Assembly: GCA_963666315.2 (NCBI GenBank)
Contig: CAXXHG010000043.1
Coordinates: 224,001-288,000 of the forward strand
Length of the DNA stretch: 64,000 bases
Origin: Candidatus Binatia bacterium
Lineage (GTDB): Bacteria; Desulfobacterota; Binatia; Bin18
Reading direction: 5' to 3'
The notes under the pieces are model-generated. The model was not told where the DNA came from, ran no database searches, and saw only the letters and a list, made by a program, of their open reading frames with translations. This document shows positions 56,370-64,000 of this stretch, piece after piece; position 1 is the stretch's first letter, and every line of letters begins with the position of its first letter. A program made the translations under genes and the position numbers.

Positions 56370-58040
56370 ATGGATAATAAAAGCCTTCTTACCATTGTTC
56401 TTTGCATCCTGATTCTCATTGGTTATCAGGTGCTTATATCGTATATTTACCCTCGACCGGACGCCCTTCCGCCGGCACAACGGTTTACTCAGGCCGATCC
56501 GGACTCCCCCCCCGCGGCAGTTCAACAGCCGATCTCTCCGTTGGAACCATGGAAAGCAGTTGAACAGGCTCCTGTGGAGCAGCAAAAAACCCCATCAGTT
56601 TCTCTCCCACCAGAACGAGAAATTACTGTAGAAACCGAAGCCTATAGAGCAGTGTTCACTTCTCTAGGCGGGCGCCTCAAGAGTCTGCGTCTCAAACAGT
56701 ATCCAGAGAGTCTCGAATCCGACAGTCCTCTCTTGGAAATAGTCCACGCGGGACCGTATGGAGAGCTTCCGTTCGCAGTCGGCATTGAAGGAAAAGACCT
56801 GACGCTCACTGACGCCACGCTCCCGTATGTGATCACAGGCGAGCCTCTCTTTCTCCTCGCCGAGGATCAGGCAAGCCTCACATTCTCAGGAGCCACCGAG
56901 GTTGGCGTACATTATACGAAAACATACTCTTTCTCTGGACAAGGGTATGGCATTGGACTTGAAGTTGAGGTCTCTAATATTCCGTTTCAGGTATCATCCC
57001 TCTCCTTGTCGTGGATCGAAGAATCTCGTTCCGGAAGTGAATCAGGCTATTATAGTGTGTATGGACCGGTTGCCCTTATCGGCAGAAAGTTTCTGTATGA
57101 AAGCGCTCCAGATTGGGAAGCTGGAGAAATCTATGGGCCTGGAAATATCCGCTGGGCTGGATTTACTAATAGTTATTTCTTGGCAGGAATGATGCCTTTA
57201 GGGGACCAACAGAAAGAAGCTGGAGACGCGCGGCTCTTCTTCAGCGAGGACAACGGAATGTTTGAGGCGCGACTTACTATTCCGTGGAGCGGAGAAAACG
57301 TCTCGTATACGTTATATCTTGGCCCAAAAGAGACCTCTGCCCTCAATGCGGTCGATCCAGCCTTTGACCGTGCTATCGATTTTGGTTGGGCCCATTTCAT
57401 TGCCCGCCCATTAGTATTGCTGCTCAGAATGCTGTATTCCGCGACGGGCAACTATGGAGTTGCTATTATCTTACTGACCATCATGGTCAAGCTGGTATTC
57501 TTCCCGCTGAGCAACAAAAGCTTTAAGTCCATGTCGGCGATGAAGAAAATTCAGCCGCAGATGGAACGATTACGCGAGCAGTATAAGGATGATAAAGAAA
57601 AGCTGAACAAGGAAACGATGGAGCTGTATCGAAATAATAAGGTGAATCCGCTCGGTGGATGTATACCCATGCTGGTCCAGCTTCCCGTATTCATCGGACT
57701 CTATCAGGGTCTGCTGTATGCGATCGAACTCCGTCAAGCCCCCTTTTTCGGCTGGATTTTGGATCTGTCACAACCCGATAGACTTGGGGTGCTTGCCATT
57801 CCGTTTGTTGAGCCGCCAGGTATCCCGGTCCTGACTTTGCTCATGGGTGGATCGATGCTTGTTCAACAGATGATGACCCCCACAACTGGGGATCCGATGC
57901 AGCAGAAAATGATGCTCCTTATGCCGGTGGTCTTCACAGCCATGTTCATCAGTTTTCCAGCTGGACTCGTGCTGTACTGGCTCGTCAATAATATCCTGAG
58001 TGTAGCCCAGCAGCATTGGTATACAAGAAAATATGCTTGA
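56370..58040 (+). CDS. yidC: Membrane protein insertase YidC
   Basis: GNYGVAIILLT, NPLGGCIPMLVQLP, GLVLYW. Confidence 0.96.
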   Translation: MDNKSLLTIVLCILILIGYQVLISYIYPRPDALPPAQRFTQADPDSPPAAVQQPISPLEPWKAVEQAPVEQQKTPSVSLPPEREITVETEAYRAVFTSLGGRLKSLRLKQYPESLESDSPLLEIVHAGPYGELPFAVGIEGKDLTLTDATLPYVITGEPLFLLAEDQASLTFSGATEVGVHYTKTYSFSGQGYGIGLEVEVSNIPFQVSSLSLSWIEESRSGSESGYYSVYGPVALIGRKFLYESAPDWEAGEIYGPGNIRWAGFTNSYFLAGMMPLGDQQKEAGDARLFFSEDNGMFEARLTIPWSGENVSYTLYLGPKETSALNAVDPAFDRAIDFGWAHFIARPLVLLLRMLYSATGNYGVAIILLTIMVKLVFFPLSNKSFKSMSAMKKIQPQMERLREQYKDDKEKLNKETMELYRNNKVNPLGGCIPMLVQLPVFIGLYQGLLYAIELRQAPFFGWILDLSQPDRLGVLAIPFVEPPGIPVLTLLMGGSMLVQQMMTPTTGDPMQQKMMLLMPVVFTAMFISFPAGLVLYWLVNNILSVAQQHWYTRKYA

Positions 58041-58058
58041 TAAAAGGGGAAAGACGTA

Positions 58059-58856
58059 ATGAGTTCTGTGGAAACCCAAGGATCTTCGATTGAAGAGGCG
58101 GTTGCTACTGCCCTCGCCCAACTTCAGGCAGAACGAGATCAGGTCGAAATCGAAATCATCGCCCAGCCGACCAAAGGATTTCTTGGTATAGGCGGGAAAA
58201 AGGCGCGGGTCCGGGCAACACTCCGCAGTTCCCTCGTCCCTCAGGAGCTGGAACCTGAGTCAACGGCCGTAGCTCCTGCGGAGCGGCCCGCTTCGCGCCG
58301 TTCCGTCTCCTCAGCAGCAGATACTCAGCCCACTCCAGTCTCTTTGGAGACTGGAAAAAAGGCGTACCAGGCCCTTACAGAGACCCTGCGGCTTATGGGG
58401 ACGGAAGTGCCGGTTTCGCTCGATGTCCAAGGGCCAGAAGCTGTTATCAACTTAGAGGATACCTTAGGCGGCTTGCTCGTCGGCCGGAAAGGCCAAACAC
58501 TCGATGCCCTTGAATATTTGCTCAATCGTATGATCGCACGGGGTGATGAAGAAGAAGCGCATCTCGCCCTGGATGCAGAAGGCTACCGAGAACGGCGCCG
58601 GCAGAGCCTCGAAAGTTTAGCCCTGCGCTTAGGAGAGCGGGCGAAACGCCGCAGGAAAACCGTGACCCTGAATCCGCTCAGCCCTCGTGATCGTCGCGTT
58701 GTACATCTAGTCCTTGAAGATGATCCGCTTGTGAACACGAGAAGTGTGGGGCGCGGACATCTTCGTCGCCTCTCTATTGTTCCGGAGAACGGCGGTAACG
58801 AGCGCCGAGAGCGGCCGCGAAGCGCCGAACGGCCGCGAGGGGCTGCCCGTTCGTAA
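58059..58856 (+). CDS. jag: RNA-binding protein Jag/EloR
   Basis: Jag_N (KGFLGIG), KH (GRKGQTLDALEY), R3H (RRVVH). Confidence 0.93.
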   Translation: MSSVETQGSSIEEAVATALAQLQAERDQVEIEIIAQPTKGFLGIGGKKARVRATLRSSLVPQELEPESTAVAPAERPASRRSVSSAADTQPTPVSLETGKKAYQALTETLRLMGTEVPVSLDVQGPEAVINLEDTLGGLLVGRKGQTLDALEYLLNRMIARGDEEEAHLALDAEGYRERRRQSLESLALRLGERAKRRRKTVTLNPLSPRDRRVVHLVLEDDPLVNTRSVGRGHLRRLSIVPENGGNERRERPRSAERPRGAARS

Positions 58857-58874
58857 CCTCATGAGCGAGGAGTT

Positions 58875-60293
58875 GTGTACGCACATGACACCATTGCCGC
58901 TATTGCAACTCCTCCAGGGCAAGGTGGGATTGCGATTATTAGGATCAGTGGTGCACGTTCAGAGACTGTAATACAAACACTGTTTCTGCCGGATACGCCT
59001 TGGAAAGAACAGCATACACACCACTTCTATCTCGGCCGGATTCTCGATAAGCCACACGGAACACCGATTGATCAGGGGGCGATCATGCTTATGCGTGCCC
59101 CCAAAAGCTACACCTGTGAGAATACGGTTGAAGTACACCTCCACGGCGGCAACTTTCTGACCCGTCGTGTATTGGAGTCCGTTCTGTGCCAGGGCGTTCG
59201 CTTGGCTGAGCCAGGCGAGTTCACTAAGCGGGCCTTTCTTAACGGACGTTTGGACCTCGCGCAGGCTGAAGCAGTTTTGGATCTCATTCAGGCCACAAAT
59301 GAGACAGGCTTACACCTCGCTTGGGAACACTTAACCGGCCGGCTCTCACAGGCATGTGATGAAATTAGGGACAAGCTCCTCTCACTGACTGCTCATCTCG
59401 AAGCCTTAATCGACTTTCCTGAAGAAGACATTCCTGAACATAGCCAAGAGGCTATGCAGAACGAATTCTCTATAATTCGCGATAACTTAGAAGCGTTAGA
59501 AGCCACGTTTTCACAGGGTAAAGTATACCGGGATGGAGTCCGCACTGCTATCGTTGGAAAACCCAATGTCGGCAAGTCGAGTTTACTCAACCTTCTCACA
59601 GGAACGGAACGGGCGATTGTGACAAAAGTCCCCGGCACAACGCGAGATATTATTGAAGAAACGGTTCTCGTCGACGATATTCCTCTCATAGTGTGGGATA
59701 CAGCTGGTATTCGACACACAACAGACGAGGTTGAACGGATAGGCATTGAGCGCGCGCTTGCCGGGATCGAACAGGCCGAACTGATTCTTGCGGTTTTTGA
59801 CGCTGCACAGCCGTTTGATGCAAGCGATGCACTGATTTGTGAAAAGCTGAAAGGGAAAAAGTGTATCCCCCTGGTCAACAAGAGCGATCTTCCTCAAGAA
59901 CTTGATCCAGCTGACGTAATAAGCCGTATCGATCAAGAACCCCTTATCCATATTTCAGCCAAATACGGAACCGGCATGAAAGATTTAGAAGAGCGAATCC
60001 AGAATGTTATCCTTGGGGACGGGGAAGGCGTGTTGGATAAGAAGAGACGGGCTATCGGTAAGAACAACGTTTTAAATTATCCGTTTATTACAAAGATGCG
60101 CCATAAAAATGCACTTACGAAGACAACCCAAAGTCTTGAAAATGCTTCAGCCAGCCTCAAAGACGGCGTCCCTCTCGACCTCGTCGCTGTTGATCTGCAT
60201 ACTAGCCTCTATCATATTGGTGAGATAACCGGACACGTGAGTAGCGAAGATATCCTCGATCGCGTGTTCCAAGACTTTTGCATTGGCAAGTAG
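58875..60293 (+). CDS. mnmE: tRNA modification GTPase MnmE
   Basis: [35 protein letters not shown]. Confidence 0.96.
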   Translation: MYAHDTIAAIATPPGQGGIAIIRISGARSETVIQTLFLPDTPWKEQHTHHFYLGRILDKPHGTPIDQGAIMLMRAPKSYTCENTVEVHLHGGNFLTRRVLESVLCQGVRLAEPGEFTKRAFLNGRLDLAQAEAVLDLIQATNETGLHLAWEHLTGRLSQACDEIRDKLLSLTAHLEALIDFPEEDIPEHSQEAMQNEFSIIRDNLEALEATFSQGKVYRDGVRTAIVGKPNVGKSSLLNLLTGTERAIVTKVPGTTRDIIEETVLVDDIPLIVWDTAGIRHTTDEVERIGIERALAGIEQAELILAVFDAAQPFDASDALICEKLKGKKCIPLVNKSDLPQELDPADVISRIDQEPLIHISAKYGTGMKDLEERIQNVILGDGEGVLDKKRRAIGKNNVLNYPFITKMRHKNALTKTTQSLENASASLKDGVPLDLVAVDLHTSLYHIGEITGHVSSEDILDRVFQDFCIGK

Positions 60294-60313
60294 CGCGAAG
60301 GACGGTAGGGAAT

Positions 60314-62176
60314 ATGGACTACGACGTTATCGTTGTCGGGGCTGGACACGCCGGCATAGAGGCTGCTCTTGCTGCTGCACGACTAGGTAGCAAAACCCTC
60401 ATGCTCACGCTCAATCTCGACCATATTGGTCAGATGTCTTGTAATCCGGCAATTGGTGGGATTGGAAAAAGCCATCTGGTAAAGGAGATCGATGCACTCG
60501 GCGGTGAGATGGCACGAGCGATTGATGAGACGGGTATTCAGTTTCGCGTTTTGAATACCAGAAAAGGGCCGGCGGTTCGAGCCACACGTGCGCAGGCTGA
60601 TAAGGCACTGTATCGGCTCTATATGAAAAAAATTGTCGAGACGACACCGAATCTCACCCTGCGACAGGGCAGCGTAGAGAGCATTATTACTGATAATGGT
60701 GCTATTAAAGAAGTCGAGACACAGATTGGAGAGCGTTTCTCCGCAAAGACGATCATTCTGACAACGGGAACCTTTCTCAAAGGGCTCATCCATGTAGGTC
60801 TCAAGAACTATGCAGCGGGACGTGCAGGAGATTTTTCGGTCGAGGGCTTGAGTGGCATTCTGTGTGAACTGGGGTTCCGCATTGGCCGCCTCAAAACTGG
60901 TACGTGTCCAAGATTAGACAGTCGAACTATCAATTATGACGTTTTGGAACCCCAATACGGAGATACTCCTCCGCCGCCACTATCTTTCTCAACAGCGGCG
61001 ATCAAACAGGAACAACTGCCCTGCTATATTACCTATACGAATGAGCACACGCATGCAGTGATTGAGTCTGGGCTTGATCGCTCCCCTATGTATTCCGGTG
61101 CTATCCAGGGCAGGGGACCTCGCTATTGCCCATCTATCGAGGATAAAGTCGTACGCTTTAAAGAGAAGCCGCGACATCAGATTTTTCTTGAGCCAGAGGG
61201 GCGAGATACTGTGGAAGTGTATCCCAATGGTCTTTCTACAAGTCTACCGCTCGATATTCAACTGAGCATGGTCCGTTCAATTCAGGGCTTGGAGCAGGCA
61301 GAGATCATGCGTCCTGGCTATGCCATTGAGTATGACTACGCAGACCCAACCCAGGTCTACTCCAGCTTGGAAACCAAACTACTGAAAGGCCTCTATTTCG
61401 CCGGCCAGATTAATGGAACGACTGGTTACGAGGAAGCCGCTGCACAAGGACTCATGGCTGGTATTAATGCTACCCTCAGTATCCGAGGCGAAGATCCCCT
61501 GATATTTTCAAGAGATCAAGCGTATATTGGTGTTCTTATCGACGACTTAGTAACAAAGGGAGTTGGGGGAGAGCCCTACCGCATGTTTACGTCTCGGGCC
61601 GAGCACCGATTACTTTTAAGGGAGGATAATGCAGATCTCAGACTTAGAGAAATCGGGCATAGAGTCGGTCTCATAGACTCGTTAACATACCAGAACACCA
61701 ACAGAAAACAGGCTGAAATTGAAAAAGAAACGCAACGTCTTGAGGAAACCATCTTGACTCCAAATGGAGAAGTAAACGCCCGTTTAGCTGCTTTGGGATC
61801 GGCTGAAATAAAAACCCCGACGCCGCTTGCAAAATTGCTGAGACGTCCAGAATTATCTTGGGCAGACATACAAACTATGCATCCCTCTCCCAATCCTCTC
61901 TCCAAAGACGCTAGTATAGAAGTAGAAATAGGCGTGAAGTATGCAGGCTATATCCGTCGGCAGGAGGAAGGCGTAAATCGACTTCGACATCTGGAAAAGG
62001 CTCTCATTCCAAATACGATGGATTATTCAGGCGTTCGTGGCCTATCGTCAGAAGTACAGGAAAAACTCATTACGCTGCGTCCGCGCTCTTTAGGCCAGGC
62101 CTCACGTATTCCCGGGGTGACGCCGGCAGCTTTGTCTTTACTTGCGGTGCACTTGAAACGCGCCGGAGCTTCCTAA
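60314..62176 (+). CDS. mnmG: tRNA uridine-5-carboxymethylaminomethyl modification enzyme MnmG
   Basis: [39 protein letters not shown]. Confidence 0.97.
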   Translation: MDYDVIVVGAGHAGIEAALAAARLGSKTLMLTLNLDHIGQMSCNPAIGGIGKSHLVKEIDALGGEMARAIDETGIQFRVLNTRKGPAVRATRAQADKALYRLYMKKIVETTPNLTLRQGSVESIITDNGAIKEVETQIGERFSAKTIILTTGTFLKGLIHVGLKNYAAGRAGDFSVEGLSGILCELGFRIGRLKTGTCPRLDSRTINYDVLEPQYGDTPPPPLSFSTAAIKQEQLPCYITYTNEHTHAVIESGLDRSPMYSGAIQGRGPRYCPSIEDKVVRFKEKPRHQIFLEPEGRDTVEVYPNGLSTSLPLDIQLSMVRSIQGLEQAEIMRPGYAIEYDYADPTQVYSSLETKLLKGLYFAGQINGTTGYEEAAAQGLMAGINATLSIRGEDPLIFSRDQAYIGVLIDDLVTKGVGGEPYRMFTSRAEHRLLLREDNADLRLREIGHRVGLIDSLTYQNTNRKQAEIEKETQRLEETILTPNGEVNARLAALGSAEIKTPTPLAKLLRRPELSWADIQTMHPSPNPLSKDASIEVEIGVKYAGYIRRQEEGVNRLRHLEKALIPNTMDYSGVRGLSSEVQEKLITLRPRSLGQASRIPGVTPAALSLLAVHLKRAGAS

Positions 62177-62179
62177 TAT

Positions 62180-62839
62180 ATGGACCGGGATGCTCTACCC
62201 CTCTTGCTGAAAGGCGCTGGTTTTTTAAACATTTCACTTTCTCCACTAACCCTTAGTATTCTGAACCTTTACCTGGACGAGCTCAAGCGCTGGGCGCTGG
62301 TTTTTAATCTTGTAGGTCAACATGACGCGACAACGGTTATTCAAAGGCATGTTCTTGATGCGCTCGCCATTTCCCACCTACTTCCATCTTGGGGTTCCTT
62401 TGTCGATCTAGGCAGCGGAGCTGGATTTCCAGGATTCATACTCGCGGCAGTAGAGCCAGGGAGAGAGTACGTACTAGTAGAGGTACGTAGAAAGCGGGCA
62501 AATTTTCTTAGAGAAGTAACAAGATCAACCGGAATCAAGAATATCATGGTCCTCGAGGGAAGGGTGGAGTCTCTTTCGCAACAAAACGGACTGGTTTCTG
62601 AGTTTAACGTTGTGACAACACGAGCGACATGGAGTATCTCTCAATTTCTTGCTTTTTCTGCACCTTTCCTTAAGACAGATGGCATAGCGCTAGCAATGCA
62701 AGGTCCGCGCAAAGGGGACTCCGCCCTAATTTCAGAAACAGATTGCGAGTCATTAGGCTTTGATAGGGATAGCACCCATGATTACTCCCTGCCCTTGGGG
62801 GGGGATAGATGCGCCATGCTCTTCAGAAAACGAGGTTGA
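62180..62839 (+). CDS. rsmG: 16S rRNA m7G527 methyltransferase
   Basis: HVLDAL, DLGSGAGFPG, VTTRA; position after mnmG. Confidence 0.92.
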   Translation: MDRDALPLLLKGAGFLNISLSPLTLSILNLYLDELKRWALVFNLVGQHDATTVIQRHVLDALAISHLLPSWGSFVDLGSGAGFPGFILAAVEPGREYVLVEVRRKRANFLREVTRSTGIKNIMVLEGRVESLSQQNGLVSEFNVVTTRATWSISQFLAFSAPFLKTDGIALAMQGPRKGDSALISETDCESLGFDRDSTHDYSLPLGGDRCAMLFRKRG

Positions 62840-62843
62840 TGAA

Positions 62844-62859
62844 TGTTTCACGTGAAACA
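62844..62859. promoter_or_regulatory. parS centromere-like site (perfect)
   Basis: TGTTTCACGTGAAACA. Confidence 0.92.
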
Positions 62860-62876
62860 AGGAAGAAGGAGATAAA

Positions 62877-62892
62877 TGTGTCACATGAAACA
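62877..62892. promoter_or_regulatory. parS site (2 mismatches)
   Basis: TGTGTCACATGAAACA, 33 bp from the first site. Confidence 0.7.
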
Positions 62893-62989
62893 TGGCGAAT
62901 CTAGATCAGGGTGTCAAAAAAACTCTTTGTAAATAAATACTTACGCTGCGTCTTTTATTCATTTTCTTAATGTGTTAGGAGAAACGGAG

Positions 62990-63877
62990 GTGGCTCGAAC
63001 TATTTGCATTGCGAACCGAAAGGGCGGGGTCGGAAAAACAACCACGGCCATCAACCTGTCGGCTGCAATCGGTATCTCTGGAGAAAAGACCCTCCTTATC
63101 GACTGCGATCCCCAAGGGAACGCGACAAGCGGCATAGGGGCACGCATAACCCCCGATGCAGCCACCATCTATCACCTTCTTCTAGGGGAGTGTACGCTTC
63201 CGGACACTATCCAAAAGACTGCTATTGAGAACCTTGATATCATTCCCGCAACCCACGACCTCATTGGTGCAGAAGTCGAACTGCTCAATGTCGAAAATCG
63301 CGAATATCGTCTTAAAAATATCATCCAGCACTACGCTTCCGCATACAAATACATATTTCTTGACTGTCCTCCTTCTTTAGGATTACTCACGATCAATGCC
63401 CTTACCGCCGCAGATAGCGTACTTATTCCACTTCAGTGTGAGTATTATGCGCTTGAAGGGCTCCGATCATTATTGGAAACTCTACACATTATCAGAGATC
63501 GATTGAACCCCGATCTAGCAATTGAAGGCCTTTTGTTGACTATGTTTGACGCGCGCAATAGGCTGTGTCATCAGGTTACCGACGAAGTACGGCAATTCTT
63601 CCCCCAGCATGTTTTTGAAACCATCATTCCTCGAAATGTGAGGCTGAGCGAGAGCCCCAGCCATGGTTTGCCCGTCATTCTATATGATCCGTCATGCCGT
63701 GGCGCCAAAAGCTATACGGAACTCGCCCAGGAACTCTTACATAAAGAGCAAACAAAACCGATGGATTATGGGCCGCGTGCGAGTAGCACTGCAGGTGTCA
63801 GAAGCACGACAGAAGTAGCGTCAATAGCGGCGTTGCAGGCAGATTCGTTTCCAGGCCAAAAAAGGGAGCCCGAATGA
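62990..63877 (+). CDS. parA: Chromosome partitioning ATPase ParA/Soj
   Basis: KGGVGKTTT, DPQGNA, DCPPSLG, QCEYYALEG, IPRNVRLSESPS. Confidence 0.96.
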   Translation: MARTICIANRKGGVGKTTTAINLSAAIGISGEKTLLIDCDPQGNATSGIGARITPDAATIYHLLLGECTLPDTIQKTAIENLDIIPATHDLIGAEVELLNVENREYRLKNIIQHYASAYKYIFLDCPPSLGLLTINALTAADSVLIPLQCEYYALEGLRSLLETLHIIRDRLNPDLAIEGLLLTMFDARNRLCHQVTDEVRQFFPQHVFETIIPRNVRLSESPSHGLPVILYDPSCRGAKSYTELAQELLHKEQTKPMDYGPRASSTAGVRSTTEVASIAALQADSFPGQKREPE

Positions 63878-64000
63878 GTGAAGCTGTTGCAAGTGTGAAA
63901 AGGCGCTCTCTAGGCAGAGGTCTGAGTGCTCTCATTCCGCAAGGGACATCACTGGATACTCCAGCTGAGCGTCGTGTTCCCATAGCTGATATTCGTCCCA
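63874..64000 (+). CDS. parB: ParB/Spo0J, N-terminus (3' truncated by window edge)
   Basis: MSEAVASVKRRSLGRGLSALIP; ATGA overlap with parA. Confidence 0.9.
   Translation, partial: MSEAVASVKRRSLGRGLSALIPQGTSLDTPAERRVPIADIRP

Overview
A bacterial chromosomal segment. The gene families suggest a Deltaproteobacteria-like organism, possibly Ca. Binatota, but this is inference only. The left ~38 kb is accessory/metabolic DNA: two toxin-antitoxin loci, an orphan trypsin-like protease, a CoxMSL-type Mo-hydroxylase, an ECF sigma factor with a DNA-alkylation-repair fusion partner, an F420 LLM enzyme, amidases, a TPP lyase, a CoA transferase, BKACE, sigma54-type promoters and a cyclase/UGSC-selenoprotein operon. 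The right ~26 kb is core genome: fmt-def-priA, pilM-(N/P)-Q, aroCKB, rlmD-pgeF-gpsA, and rpmH-rnpA-yidD-yidC-jag-mnmE-mnmG-rsmG-parS-parA-parB. Main observations: (1) an ECF sigma factor is followed by a three-domain protein made of a ZAS anti-sigma zinc finger, an O6-methylguanine methyltransferase and an Ada Zn sensor, with an ATL gene nearby; this is a candidate sigma-based adaptive response to alkylation. (2) A UGA-readthrough UGxCxxC selenoprotein with a SECIS-like hairpin was missed by the ORF track. (3) The rnpA reading frame can start upstream of rpmH and fully enclose it. (4) About a dozen dispensable genes are broken by internal deletions, stops or frameshifts while housekeeping genes are intact, suggesting ongoing genome erosion. 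No rRNA, tRNA, CRISPR array or intact transposase was recognised. All calls come from motif recognition by eye; no database searches were run.
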